Positions 41,478-54,495 of a stretch of 64,000 bases of DNA are shown one piece after another; the stretch's first letter is position 1, and every line of letters starts with the position of its first letter. A model generated the notes under the pieces. The model saw only the letters and a list, made by a program, of their open reading frames with translations. It was not told the DNA's origin and ran no database searches. The stretch comes from Camelus dromedarius (lineage: Eukaryota), in NCBI RefSeq assembly GCF_036321535.1, contig NC_087437.1:3224001-3288000 (forward strand), in the 5' to 3' direction. The position numbers and the translations under genes were made by a program.

Positions 41478-41925
41478 TGTTGTATCATTATCTACTGTTG
41501 CTTGACAGACTACTCCAGAATTTAACGCTTAACATAATAGCCATTTTTTTAGCTTATGATTCTGCATGCTGGCAAGTTGAGTTCATCTGGGACGTTCCCC
41601 TGTCGGTCTTGGTTGGACTCCCTCGTGCATCTGTGGTCAGCTGTACCTGAGCGGGATGTCTGTACTTCTGGGATTTGGCTGACTGTCACCGGGGATGATC
41701 GGGGTGGCTGGGCCCTGAGTCTCTTGTTGCTCGGCCAGCGAGCTTGGACTTACACTCACGGCAACCTTGGGGTGCACGATCTCTGGTCTCAGACCCATCC
41801 AATGGTACTTCCTCTGTGTTCTGTTGACCAAAGCACGTCACATCGCCATCGCAGGTTCAGGGACGAGGAAACAGGAAGTAGACCCCACCTCCTGGGGGCC
41901 TGTTTTCAGTCCACCACGTACACTT
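41478..41925 (-). mobile_element. MaLR MLT1-type LTR, diverged
   Basis: tgtatcattatctactgttgc...agcttatgattctgc...ttctgttgaccaaagcacgtcaca...gtagaccccacctc. Confidence 0.6.
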
Positions 41926-42954
41926 CTTGAGTGTGATGGGAATGTCGAAGTTGGAGGAAAAGATGCATTATGAGAGGCAGGAGGACCAAAGGAAGACAGT
42001 GGGCTGATTGCCTGGCTCAGACTCCAAGGGGCCCTCCCTGCGGGCCATGGACTGGCCCTCTCTCCACCTCAGACGTCCAGAAGCTCTGTGGTGTCAGTGT
42101 CCCAGGGCTGACTGCACCAACGCAGGTGGGCTAAGGAATTCAGTAGAGGCTAGAGCCAGAAACCAGAAGGCCGACTGGTTCATGTCCAGTGAGAAACACA
42201 ACTGTCGGCAGACTTGACATTCCTAGGGGCCTCCCCAGGCGTTCTCTCCATGTGGGCAAACCGTAGGGAAGACAGGTGTCAGGAGGCCGTGGGGACACCC
42301 TGGCAGCAAAGCCCAGGAGGCCGAGGAACGGGCTGGATAGTGACCTCAGACCTTAGGGCCTGGGCATTTGCGCCACGAAGGGGAACAGGTGCACATGGCA
42401 GACGGGACCCCGGAAAGCGTCGGGCGGGCGCCACCAGTGCTCATCTTCATGACTCCGTCTCCTTACTCCTTTGCCCGACAGACCTCCTTCTAACAGGTAT
42501 CTCCATCTGCCCATGTCGTCCATTGGTTAGTCCCAGACTCCTCATGTGACTTGCACAGTACAGTTCTGTTTAGAGTCTGTACTCTCAGGAGACATGCACC
42601 CTTCCATGTTGTGGGGAGCAGCGCAGGGATGTTCCCCTGCACCTCCCCTTCCCCTGGAGCTGTCTCTCAAGCCAAAACCAGGACCCGGGGCTGTTTGGAC
42701 TCACATGCAGAGGAGGGGCTGAGACCTACAGCTCCAGGCATGGGGGCAGTGACTATCCACCCTGCTCCCAGGAAGGTAAATGTACCCTTCTGGGCAGAAA
42801 TTAAATCATGTCTCCATTAGGCACAGATCAGCTTGGTCATGGGGAGTTAATACTTGGATAGAAGGAGAGAGCTGTAACTGAATAAATAAGTATGTGGGAG
42901 AGGAGTGCCCTGTGGCCTTTTGGGTTCTCTGCTGTCTGTAGAGGACAAGTGGGA

Positions 42955-43106
42955 GTAAAGGAGAGAGAGAAGGGGGGAGGGAGGGAAGAAGGAAGGAGAG
43001 AGAGGAGGGAAGGAGGAAGGAAGAAAGGAAGGAAGGGGAGAGGGAGGGAGGAAGGAGGATGGAAGGGAGGGAAACGAAAGAGACAGAGACAGAGAGAAGG
43101 GAGAGA
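42955..43106. repeat. GA-rich purine low-complexity repeat
   Basis: ggaa/ggga/gaga units. Confidence 0.9.
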
Positions 43107-43295
43107 CAGGCTTTCTCAGCGGTTGCCCTGTTGCCATTTGGGTTGTGCTGGGGCGTGTCCTGTGCTCTGTAGGATGTGTCGCGGTGCCCCAGGCTACTGA
43201 ATGCTACTCGTACGTCAGCCCCATCAGTCTGACAGCCAGAAGTGTGTTCCCACATTGCTACGTGTTCCCTGGAGGGTAAAATCATTAAGACCAAC
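43107..43295. mobile_element. MER20-like hAT element
   Basis: caggctttctcagc...tgtcctgtgctctgtaggatgtgt...cacattgctacgtgttccctggagggtaaaatca. Confidence 0.7.
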
Positions 43296-44319
43296 ATGTC
43301 ACAGTCACTAGAAGGCTTGTTAAAACGCGGATCGCTGGGCCTTACCCTCAGAGTTTCTGATGCAGTAGGTCCTGGGCAGGCCTGAGAACTGGTGTTCTAG
43401 CACATTCGAAGAGATGCTGGTGCTCTGGTCCCACCCACACAGAGAACCCCGGTGTAGACGTTTACTCCTTCATCACACCCTCCGGGGCTCAGCGCCCCCA
43501 TGCCTGGCCTCCCCTCCACCACCATTTCCCAGCCCAGCACTGGCGCCCACCTGCACTCTGTCTGGCCTTCAGGGCTGAGCACACCTCTCTCTCTGCCTGG
43601 GACACCTTCCTCGTTCTGCCTTTCTGGGGTCAAGCTGCTTTTCTTTGGGTCTCTGACTTCTCCCCCACTTCCGAAAGCCTTCCCTGTTCTCTGTAGCATC
43701 TTCAGGGCACCCTCTCTCCCTACACACACCTCACTGAGATCCTCCTCTACGTGTTTGAAACATTTCTGTTTACACATCTCTTTCTTATTCTTTGCTCCTC
43801 CTGGCGCGAAGCATGCTTTGTTCCCTGTATGTCCAGGCCCCCAGCACAGTGCTTGGCACAGACTGGATGCCCAGTGACTGTCTGGAGTGAATGGACAGAG
43901 CAGGACAGAGGGACAGAGACTCAGGTGTGCTGGAGCTCACACCCCATCACTCACCTGCGCACCACAGCCCAGCGCAGCTTTCCTGCTAGCCGGGTGGACC
44001 ACTCCCGGTACCGCCCTTCACTTGTACTGATTGTCTTGCCACAAAGGCCACTGGGAAATTCTTGGCCTGCTGTTCCTGTTTGGTTTTCTCTGAAATGAAA
44101 CGGTGCCATATTGGCAGGCAGCATCTCCCCACTGCCAAAAAAAATTAGAAAGTCAAGTTTTACATTAAAAAAATTTTAAAGCCCTCTGTCCGTTTAGATT
44201 CTCAGTCTTAGCAAATCTTGAACAATGAGATCTTTGTCCCAAATGAGACTTGATCTCTTTGGTTCTCATTTATTCAGGGTCCATGTGAACACCAAGTTCA
44301 CGTAACCAGTTTTATTCTT

Positions 44320-46350
44320 TAACTTTTATATTTTTTATTGAGGTATAGTTGATTTACAATGTGTTAGTTTCAGGTGTACAGCATATTGATTCAGCTATAT
44401 ATATATTCTTTCTTTTGGTTTTATTCTTTTTTCATATTCTTCCTTTGTGGGTAAAATCAGAACAACATTTAAATAAGTCTTTTTTCAGAAGTTGTTGTTT
44501 TAACTTATTTATTATGGAAATTTTAAACATCCATAAAAGTAGAAAGACTTTATGATAACCCTCCCCCATCCCCACACCCCTCACACAGCTTTAGCCATTA
44601 TTAACTTGGGGCCAATTTTATTTTATTTTACTTTTAAATCAGTTAAGAATAATTTTTTTAATGAAGTGTAGTCAGTTTACCATTGACGTTGTGTCAATTT
44701 CTGGTGTACAGCATCCTGTTTCAGTCATGCACGTACATACATAATTTATTTTGTCTACACTCCCTGCACCCCTTTCTCGCCACCCCCCCCCACCACCACT
44801 GGATCCTTCAGAAGCAAATCCCAGACAGGGCTCACTCATCCATCAGGCAAAGCAAGCATAGTATGAGGACCTGAGATACTTTAAGAGCCTACGAGATGTT
44901 TTCCTTTCTTTTAAAGTCAGAAGAAAAAATGAACTTGTAAGACTGAAAGAAATATTTTTATTTATTTCTCACATCAGAAAACGATAACATTTTTAGGAGG
45001 GGCCCCAGGAGGCAAAAGTGCCTGGAGCCGAAGAAAGTCCCTGTGGGACCCTCCCCGAAACATCATTTCATCCCAGAGTTTGTCAGCCTGGTCTCTGAAG
45101 GACAAGGAACCTTTCTGTAACAGAACTACAAGCCGGTCATCACACCTGAGAATACTGGCTCCGCATCCTTAACGCCATCAAGCCTCCTGCCACTATTCAC
45201 GCATGACTGATTGTCTAATTCATTGAAAGTTTTGTTGTGTTGTTTTTTCAAATTGATATCTAAACAAGGTCCAAGCATTGCTTTTGACTGAAATGTCTCA
45301 AAGGTCTCTTTTAGCCTGTTAGTTCTCTTTCCCTGCTTTTTTTCCCCTTGCAGTTTACTTATTGAAGAAACCAGGTGTCAGGGGAGGGTATAGCTCAGGG
45401 GTAGAGCATGTGCTTAGCATGTACGAGGTCCTGGGATCAATCCCCCATACCTCCATTAAAAAAGAAAGAAAGAATTTCTTCCACTCTGTTCCCTGTAAAC
45501 AGCCAGTTGGTTTTGATCAAATTCAGGGGCTATTTCATAGCAAGAATGTTTCACACATGATGATGCTTTTATGGTGTTAACAGTCATTGAGGAACATGGG
45601 CAAGATTCATTATTTCATTAGAATTTCCAAAATGGTAATTTTCGAATTCTATCATTCCTTCTTTATTATTTAGAGTTCTTCTAATCAACAACTGCTTGGT
45701 TCCCTGAGGTGTGATTTGTACAAGAAAGGCAGGAAAATGCTTTCTTCTTTGTTAAAAAGCAGTTTTCAGAATAACAAGTCACTTCTCTCTAGCATCCTCC
45801 ATAGGTGACTAACGAGGTCGCTCAGTATTATTAGGAATTCATGGATCTTTCTAATATACTCAGGTGTTTCAGTCTGTTTCAATTATGATTATTCCTTTGA
45901 AATCTTTAATTGTCCCAAATTTAACCAGTTAAAACCCCTTCAGGTCGGCTCTTGAGTTCTTTTGACATAAGCTTAACAGTTTCCTTACTTTCTGGCATGA
46001 ATTTTTAAAATCCATGAGTTTTGAAATGTTGAAGTTCGTTTTCCTGTAAGACATCTCTCTCTAAGGATGATAAGTCATCCTTTAAAGTCTAGGAAGGCTC
46101 GCTCTCAGGAGTGAAAGCTCTGCCCTTTGGAACTGTCAGCTTCTTTTGCTTCATTTGGCTTTCAGGTTTTACAATTTCTTTTTTTCACATTTAATTTTGT
46201 TTTATAGTTGTCTAAAATGTTTACTAGATTCCAAAGTCAAAATGACAAAACAAAGTATGTGCAGAAAAGTCTGGCTCCATTCCTGTTTCTTCCACTTTTA
46301 CCCTCTCCCCTCATAGATACTTACTTTGTTGAGTGTTTTAATACCTGATG
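44320..46350 (-). mobile_element. Old L1M(C/E)-type 3' region with younger inserts: L1 3' ends at about 44330-44440 and 44655-44745, a MER53-like element at about 44865-45052, and a SINE at 45381
   Basis: ttattatggaaattttaaacat...aagtaga, aaacaaggtcc..cattgc, gaagaaaccaggt and ttttgacataa are old L1 3' motifs; inserts recognised by their own motifs. Confidence 0.6.
45381..45473 (+). mobile_element. tRNA-Ala-derived SINE (Vic-1-like)
   Basis: ggggagggtatagctcaggggtagagcatgtgcttagcatgtacgaggtcctgggatcaatcccccatacctcca plus an A-rich tail; A and B boxes and an AGC anticodon-like loop. Confidence 0.9.
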
Positions 46351-46919
46351 GAACCAGCCCCTCTCACTTCTGTATTGTGTGTCGTTTTAAGGGTTTTCCT
46401 GGATATTTTGCTCGTTTGTTCTTTCCATTCAACTGTATAAGCAGCTTGTACCGGAAGAGGGGAAGAAAGCAATGGTACTTTATTGTGATTGCAAAGGAGA
46501 TCTCTGTCAATTCTGAGTCTTCCCACCCAGAACACGGCCTGTCTTTCAGCTCACTCATGTCTTCCTTTGTGTTTTGCAGGAGTGCGTAATGTTTCCTCTT
46601 AGAGGTTTGGAATGTTTATTTTTAAGTTTATGCCTAGTGTCTTTGTTTCTTTCTTTCACTTCCATTGTATCCTCTAACTGCCTGTTGTTCATATACATAA
46701 AAGCTGTTGAGAAAAAGAAATCTGTTGGTTTGTTTTCTTAAATTACTATTTTATTGTTTTATTTTTGTTTATAGTAATTTTCTGTTAATTTTTGCAATTT
46801 TTAAAATATATATCATTTGGAAATAGAGATAGGTTTTCCCGTCGTTACTTAACAATGGCTCTAGTTTTCCTGTCTTTAATTGTGTGGACCAGTACCCTCC
46901 CGCCCCAGCACAGTGTGAA

Positions 46920-47700
46920 ACATTATCAGTTACGATGTGTCAGTTTCTGGCGTACATCACAATGTCTCAGTTATGCATATACATACATATATTCATTTTC
47001 ATATTCTTTTTCATTAAAGGTTATTGCAAGATACTGAACATAGTTCCCTGTGCTATAAAGAAGAAATATGTTTTTTCTCTACTTATATATATAGTGGTTA
47101 ACATTTGCAGATCTCAAACTCCCAAATTTATCCCTTCCCACCCCTTTCCCTGGTAACCATAAGATTGTTTACTATGTCTGTGAGACTGTTTCTGTTTTGT
47201 AGATGAGTTCATCGTGTCCTCTTTTTTATTTCTTTTTTTTTCTCTTAAATTCCACATATGAGTGATATCATATGGTATTTTTCTTTCTCTTTCTGGCTTA
47301 TTTTACTTACAATGATGATCTCCAGGTCCATCCATGTTGCTGCAGATGGCATTATTTTAATGGCTGAGTACTATTCCACTATATACCACAACTTCTTTAT
47401 CCAGTCATCTGTCAATGGACATTGAGGTTGTTTCCATGTCTTGGCTGTTGTGAATAGTGCTGCTATGAATACATTGGGGTGCATGTATCTTTTCGAATTA
47501 GAATTTTGTCTGGATATATGCCCAGGAGTGGATTGCTGGATCATATGGTAAGTCTATTTTTAGTTTTTTGAGGAATCTCTATACTATTTTCCATAATGGC
47601 TGCATCGAGCTATGTTCCCACCAGCAGTGTAGGAGAGTTCCCTTTTCTACACCCTCTTCAGCATTTATTGTTTGTGGACTTTTTAATGATGGCCATTCTG
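46920..47700 (-). mobile_element. L1 3'UTR and ORF2 end
   Basis: Reverse complement of the L1 3' family seen at 5762 and 26431, extending into ORF2 (cccaggagtggattgctggatcatatggt). Confidence 0.9.
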
Positions 47701-48360
47701 AGATTAATATTTTTGAAGTCATTGGAAAGTGTCAGAGGCTTAGAGGTTTCTCAGCCCCACATCTATGGAGCCTTAAATGCTTGTGTTAGGACTCAGAGAG
47801 GATTTTTTCTCGGGAGCTCATGAGATAGCCCTACACTACTTATTGAAGAGATTTAGGGTTATGTTTAATATTAGCTATTTAATGAAATATATATATTTAA
47901 TGTTTAATATTAGCTATTTAATGAAATTATCCATGATTTCTGTGGCATAGTAGAGTCCTTATCAAAATCATAATTTCATTTCCTTCTAACTGAACTGTGA
48001 GGTATGTTGCTTTGTCTCCAGCTTACAGATGAAGAAATTGAGGCTCAAAACCCCGTGCAGTCAGTTGTCAAACTTTGTGCTTTTTATTGTGTTCTGCTGC
48101 CTTTATTTTGTTGTATTTCCGAGAAAATAAATCATACCTGTAAATCATATCCCTTTACTCTTACCCATTCGGAAGGTTCATTTATCATCATTCAAACATT
48201 TAACAGAAAGACTTATCTATATGTAACATATTTCATAAAGTCAGAGAAATTATCAACTGTTTACCGTACCACTAAACGCAAAAAATGCTTCCAGTGAAAC
48301 AATAACCTAGTGCTTTCTTAATGACTTGTGGTTGTTAAGAAAATGTTTTTTTAAAAAAAT

Positions 48361-48456
48361 TTTTATTTAAGTATAGTCAGTCTGCAGTGTTGTCAATTTC
48401 TAGAGTACAGCATGGTGATTCAGTTACAAATATACATACATATGTATATGTGTGTG

Positions 48457-48495
<39 letters not shown>

Positions 48496-49098
48496 GTATG
48501 TGTGTATATATATATATATATTCCTTTTCGTATTCTTTTTCATTATAGGTTACTATAAGATATTGAATATAGTTCCCTGGGCTGTACAGTAAGACCTTAT
48601 TGCTTATCTATTTTATATATAGTAGTTAGTATCTGTAAATCCCAAACTCTCAGTTTATCCCTTCCCACCCCCTTTCCCTGCTGGTAACCACAAGTTTGTT
48701 TTCTATGTCTGTGAGTCTCTTTCTGTTTTGTAAATAAATTCATTTGTACTATTTTTTAGATTCCACATAGAAGTGATATCTTAATGTTTGTCTCTGTCTT
48801 ACTTCACTTAGTATGACGATCTCCAGGTCCATCCATGTTGCTGCAAATGGCATTATTCCATTATTTTTTATGGCTGAGCAGAATTCCATTATATAAGTAC
48901 ACCACAACTTCTTTATCCAGTCATCTGTCGATGGACATTTAGGTTGCTTCCATGTCTTGGCTATTGTATACAGTACTGCTGTGAACATTGGGATGCATGT
49001 GTCTTTTCAAATTAGAGTTCCCCGCAGATATATGCCCAGGAGTGGGATTGAGGGATCATAGGGTAAGTCTATTTTTAGTTTTTTAAGGAACCTCCATA
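48361..49098 (-). mobile_element. L1 3'UTR and ORF2 end with an expanded internal (TA)n/(TG)n at about 48430-48520
   Basis: Minus ORF TIAKTWKQPKCPSTDDWIKKLW; microsatellite grown from the L1 tatacata motif. Confidence 0.9.
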
Positions 49099-50702
49099 GG
49101 AAAATAAATATGTGCCTCTTTGATTCTCTGAAATATGAGATTCATCATTTCCTTTGATTTGATGCACATATTATTACTACCTAGGACATGTTTGTTAGGC
49201 GGCAGTGCTGGTATTCAGAATAGATTCTTCCAGTTGGGGGTCTTAGAGAGGCGGAGAGGAAAAAGACCACCAGCAAGTGTTATTAAGACCGCGTGTGCCT
49301 AGTTCTGTGGGAAGTGCGGTGCCAGAACAATCCAGACACTGTGTGAGCTCCGTGAGGCCGCTTCCTGTCTCCTTCTCTGCTAGTCAGACCACACAGGTAA
49401 CTCTGAGACTTTTCCTGAGCAGACCTCCTCTGAGTGTGACTGACAGAAGCCAGCTGCCTTGAGAGGGATCCAGGGGGGTGAGGACCAGTGGTTTCTGTAG
49501 CAGCCTGCCTCCCACCCCTGCACCAGGACTCATTCTGGAGAGAGGCCCCGGTTATGAACTGGGGTTGCAATGGGGTGGGGACAGTGGGTCAGAACCAGGC
49601 AGAAGGAAGCAGCAGGTCCCTAAAGTCAGAGTGGAAGCGATGAGACTCAGGAGGCCATGAGGGCAAGAGGAGGCTCAGAGACAGAAGCCCCCCCCTTCTA
49701 AAAGCAGCCAAGCCTGAGTAACTTAAAACAGGTCCCTCCGGCACCCCAAAGCTGGATTCCTGGCCTGTCAGAAAAGCACTCCATTGAACCAGAATCCCGG
49801 TGGCCCTGGAATCGTCATTCGGACGGTTTTCCTAAGCAAACTGGTGCAAGACCGTCTGCAAGCGTGCGTGGAGAAACGCCGTCTTCCTGCCGAGGCTCCG
49901 AACCTAGCTGACTTCCTGGCACCTCTTAGGTAGTTCAGTATGTTTCTGCCGTCTCACTGCAAAGCTGCGTGTGAATGTGCCTACATTCTGCTCTTCCTTC
50001 TACCTGAACTCCTTGCACTTGTCTGTGGCTTCTACCCAGCCATTCCTGTTCGTCCTTCTCAGTGTGACCAGACCATCTTGAATTGAAACTGTATTTTCTC
50101 CACAAATTTGCTGTCTTTGTTTTTGGACTCTCTGAGCCAGATTAACACACCACTGCCAAATGGATTTGACTCCTGGAGTGTGTTCTTGGAGTTTGCCTGG
50201 GAACTTCCCCTTTTATCCCCAACCCCAGGTGACTCCTAACTGCTGGGCCTCTAAGTGCCCCTTATTTTGCCTCTGATCCTTTGGACTTAGTTGTCATACT
50301 TGTTTTCTTTCTGTTTCACCCTGATTTCCTCTAACAAACCTTCTGGCTGTTGGTGCCTAGAGAAGAAGAAACCCCACCCCAGTTCCAACCTCCAGATCTC
50401 AGTCCTTGGCAGTGTTCCTAGTTCAGCCCCTGAGTCTCCCAAACTCACAGAAGGGGCTTCAGTCATTAGAAAGCCCATGGGTTACACCAGCATTTGCTGA
50501 CTCTTGGACAAAACCCAGGGAGTTGGAACTGATGGGTTCATCACTCTGTCCGGCGTTGTTGGAAACACCTGTAGTGAAGAACTTGACATTCTCCGGCAGC
50601 TGGAAGCAAGTTCACGTCCCTCTCTACCTATCTTATAGTTGGAAGGGGAAAATTTGGGGTGATAGATGGTCCTGAGATCTGTTAGAATGTAAGTGCTTTC
50701 TT

Positions 50703-51396
50703 TTTTTTCCTGGGCAGAGGTCATTAGGTTTATTTATTTTTTTAACACTTTTATTGTGGCATGGTTCCTGTACAGTAAACTATACATATTTCAGATGTAC
50801 AATTTGATGAATTTTGATAGGTGTGTACACCCATGAAACCACCACCACAATCAAGACAGCTAACATTTCCATCATTCCCCAAGAGATGCAAATTTCAAAT
50901 TCCCAATTTATCCCTTCCCACCCCATTTAACCCCAGCCATAAGTTTGTTCTCTATGTCTGTGAGTCTGTTTCTGTTTTGTAGATAAGTTCGTTTGTGTCC
51001 TTTTTTAAGATTCCACGTGTAAGCGATATCATGTGGCATTTTTCTTTCTCTTTCTGACTTGCTTCACTTAGAATGATGATCTCCAGGTCCATCCATGTTG
51101 CAGTAAATGATATTATTTCATTCTGAGTAGTATTCCATTGTATAAATAGACCACAACTTCTTTATCCAGTCATCTGTCGATGGGCATTTAGGTTGCTTCC
51201 ATGTCTTGGCTATTGTATACAGTACTGCTGTGAACACTGGGGTGTATGTGTATTTTTAAATTATATTTTTCTCTGGATATATGCCCAGAAGTGGGATTGC
51301 TGGATCATACGGTAAATGGAGGTACTTGAGTTGAACCCAGGACCTCATGCATGCTAAGCATGTGCTCTGTCACTGAGCTGCTGTACCCTTCCCTCC
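50703..51396 (-). mobile_element. Composite: Vic-1-like SINE split by an L1 fragment with an L1M-like tail; perfect 14-bp TSD GTAAGTGCTTTCTT
   Basis: TSD at 50689-50702 and 51397-51410. SINE tail 50703-50743, L1M-like tail about 50744-50886, L1 3'UTR/ORF2 about 50887-51314, SINE head 51315-51396. Confidence 0.9.
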
Positions 51397-52889
51397 GTAA
51401 GTGCTTTCTTGGTGGCCTCCTGGATTCAAGGGCTGCTGGTTTTGTCTGTCGATATTTCATCAGCCTAGACATCCTGCAGTTACCAGAGGACTCAGACTCA
51501 CCAGAGTGTCTCTATACTGGACGAACCCAGACACAGGCATTCTGTCCCAGCCTGGTGGCTGCCTCTGCTGAGACCTGTGGTGAGTCCTGCAGTGTGGAAC
51601 AGCAGCAGCTTAACTAGTGTTAAATTGTGCAGGAATCCAGGAGGCTATTCAATAGAGAAAAACTACATCTGCTCTTAACTTTTGTAATATTTCCCTTCTC
51701 ATGAACATGATCCCTTTTTCTATAGATGAGGAATTCAAAGCTCTTTGCTTAAGGAAATTGCTTAGGATAATACAGCTAAGAGTGCAGCCTTTGTTTAAAC
51801 CTAGCTCTCTCATGTCTGTAGTTCTTGTTCTCAACTATTAAAAGACAGCTCACATTTACTGAGCATTGACCGGATGCTATGCTGCACACGGCATAAATTA
51901 TCTCATTGAGCCCTGGAATTATCCTTGGTTCAACAGTGCTACAGTGACAAAGAGCCCCTGGGCAACAGAACAGTGCGTTTTTCACTTACGTTGGAGCTAA
52001 AACGTTCTCATCCATGTCTGCCTCTCCTCCGTGCTGTGATTCAGAGCCCAGGTTGCTTCTGTCTTGTGGCCCCTCCATCCCTTAGGGGCTCACTGTCATT
52101 TACATCCAGCAGGAAGAAGAGTGAAAAATGTGGGGAGGGCTCTCTCTGGAAGCTTTAGCTGAAAACAGCACTTGCAATGATGGCTGTATTCTAGAGACTA
52201 GAACTCAGTCACATGCCCAATGCTGAACTGCAGGAGAGGCTGAGAGATGTGGTCAAGCTGCATTTTCAGTGAGTTTTGGTGACCAGAGAGCTGGCTCTTT
52301 CACAAGGAGACACCCTTAGTAGCCCCATTTTGCAGATGAGAAAACTGAGGCTCAGAAAGGGGAAATCATGTGACTCAATCGACAGACCTTGCAAGTGACA
52401 TAGGCAGGAATCCAGTCTGTCTGACTCTGTCCAATAAAACTCCCCGTGATGGTAGGAATGTTCTTTATCTGTGATGTTCGAGAGAGTAACCATTGCCTGT
52501 GTGGCTGGAGCAGTCCTCCCCCTACCCCCCTGTCTTTCTCTTCAAGAAGATTTCCTGCTTTCACTTGTACCCTGCTGGGAACCCATTCCTTTTTCTCCAG
52601 TAAACATCATCCAAGGAGAAAATTTCTCCCCATTGTATGTCAAGCCTTCACTGCTAACAGGAGCCCTCCTCTGCCCAGTCTCTAATGACTCCAGAGGGGG
52701 AGGAATGGGTGTCCTGAAAATGAGGTCAAAAGTAGGTATTTCAATACCAAGATAATTTTTTTCATCAGAGAGAATCAAGTCTGATTTCCTCAGGATCTCA
52801 GAACAGAGCACACCTTGCCAGAGCAAGCACTGTGTTTCTTCCCCCCAGGAAATCATACAATCTGGTCTTACATAAAAAAAGAACCTCAC

Positions 52890-53071
52890 AAGTCAGTGCT
52901 TAGTGGGGATATGGTTTGAGTGGGCAGATGGAAAGGTTCTGGAGATGGATGATGGTGAGGGGTGCCCTACAGTGTGGATGCAGTTAATGTCACAGAGCTG
53001 TGCCCCGAAAATGGTTACACAGGTAGACTTTAGGTTGTTAATCTTTTGCCACAATTTAAAAAAAAAAAAAA
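52890..53071 (+). mobile_element. L1MB-like 3' end with poly-A tail
   Basis: gatggaaaggttctggagatggatgatggtga...aaaatggtta...ccacaatttaaaaaaaa; possible TSD taaaaaaagaa(c/t)ct at 52873 and 53079. Confidence 0.8.
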
Positions 53072-54495
53072 GAGTGTGTAAAAAAAGAATCTTCTTCCTG
53101 TGAACATGACTTGGCACGCCCCTGTGTGACACAGCTGCCCAGCATCCCTGGACTGAGGAGGTGAGTCCTGCCCTCACCTGGCCGGCCATACCTGGGGTGA
53201 CTTGTGTCCTCACAGGAACCCGGGATGGGGGATAGCAGCTCTTCAGGGCTTCCAGGACCCCAGGATCCCCCCACCTCAGAAATCCTTCTCGGGGGCAGGA
53301 AGGCTATCCTCACACCGTAGTGAGTTGAAAATGTAGAGGAGGTGACACCATCTGGCCCAACTATTTTGGAGGAAAATTGTCCATGCTCACTCTGTCTGAC
53401 TGCTCAGAAAAGGTTTGAGGAAATCACCTTTGGAAAACACTTTCAAGTCCTGGACTAACAGCACTGAATAAACACGCGTCAGTGGCCTGGTGGGGTCTCT
53501 GACGTCAGGGGAAGAGGGAGCCCTGCTGTCGTCCGCGGTGGACGTTTTCCCTCTGGAGAGAACATTCATTTCAGTAAAGTGCAATGTATTGAATGTGATG
53601 AGAAGCAGTTTCCTCTTACTTATTTAACCCGTCTGTGTCCACCTCTGCGCTGAAAATTCAGATGGTTAAGCAGCTCCTGGGAAGATGGTTGGGGAGATGG
53701 GGACGCAGTTGCTGAAGGATGACGGGGAGGAACAGTCTAAGGGGAGTCCTCGGACCCCCTGATGCAGCTTTAGAGCATAATTCACCCTGATGGGGGTCCC
53801 TGCTCTGTCCAAATGACAGTGATGCCGTGTGCCAGCGATCGAGACCCCCGCTATGCTGCCTGCTTGTGTTTGCTGGTTTGTTTGTCTTTCTGTAGGCGAG
53901 CCACTTCTCATTCTTCATTGCTCTGCTCTGTAAACGCTGAAGCTGTAAAAGTTGCCTCAAGGTCTCACTTTTTATTATTGCACTTTTGGAAATGTTTTCG
54001 AATGCAGCCTTGTCAATAGGAAGGTTTTCACGAACTGGGTCGACATTGTGAGAGGCCTTTGTATTGAGTCCATTTCTGCAGGGCATTCAGCTACTCTCCC
54101 ACATCTTAAACGTTAAAAAGGAATGCATTTTTTTTTAACTATTGCAATCTGCAGCCATCCTGGGCATTTCTGTGGAAAGTGTTTCCAGTAGAATTAGCAA
54201 AGAAAACATCAAGATGAAGGATAGCTATTACAGAGAGCCCTTGAGGCCACGAGACATGACCCTCTATTAGGTGCTTGGCAAGGCCGTCCCCGGGCCTCCT
54301 TCCCAGGAGCTGGAGGAGGTATCAGCTCTCTTCATGGTGATGATGCTCTGGACATCCCAGCTTGGACTTCCAGGACAGGACCAAAGGTTTTGTCCCTGGG
54401 GAGCACAGGAAACCGCCGTCAGGGGAGAACATGTTGACTGATCATCAGAAATAAAGTATTTGTCCCCTGGGAACATGTCTGTCACCTCCCTTCTT

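Noticed and set aside
45381..45455. tRNA-Ala(AGC)-like gene
   Set aside because: Extra 5' bases, mismatched stems, an A-rich tail and two more diverged copies with TSDs in the window identify it as a SINE.
47861..47927. CRISPR-like repeat-spacer array
   Set aside because: Only two repeats, an 11-bp spacer, a mammalian intron context and no cas genes.
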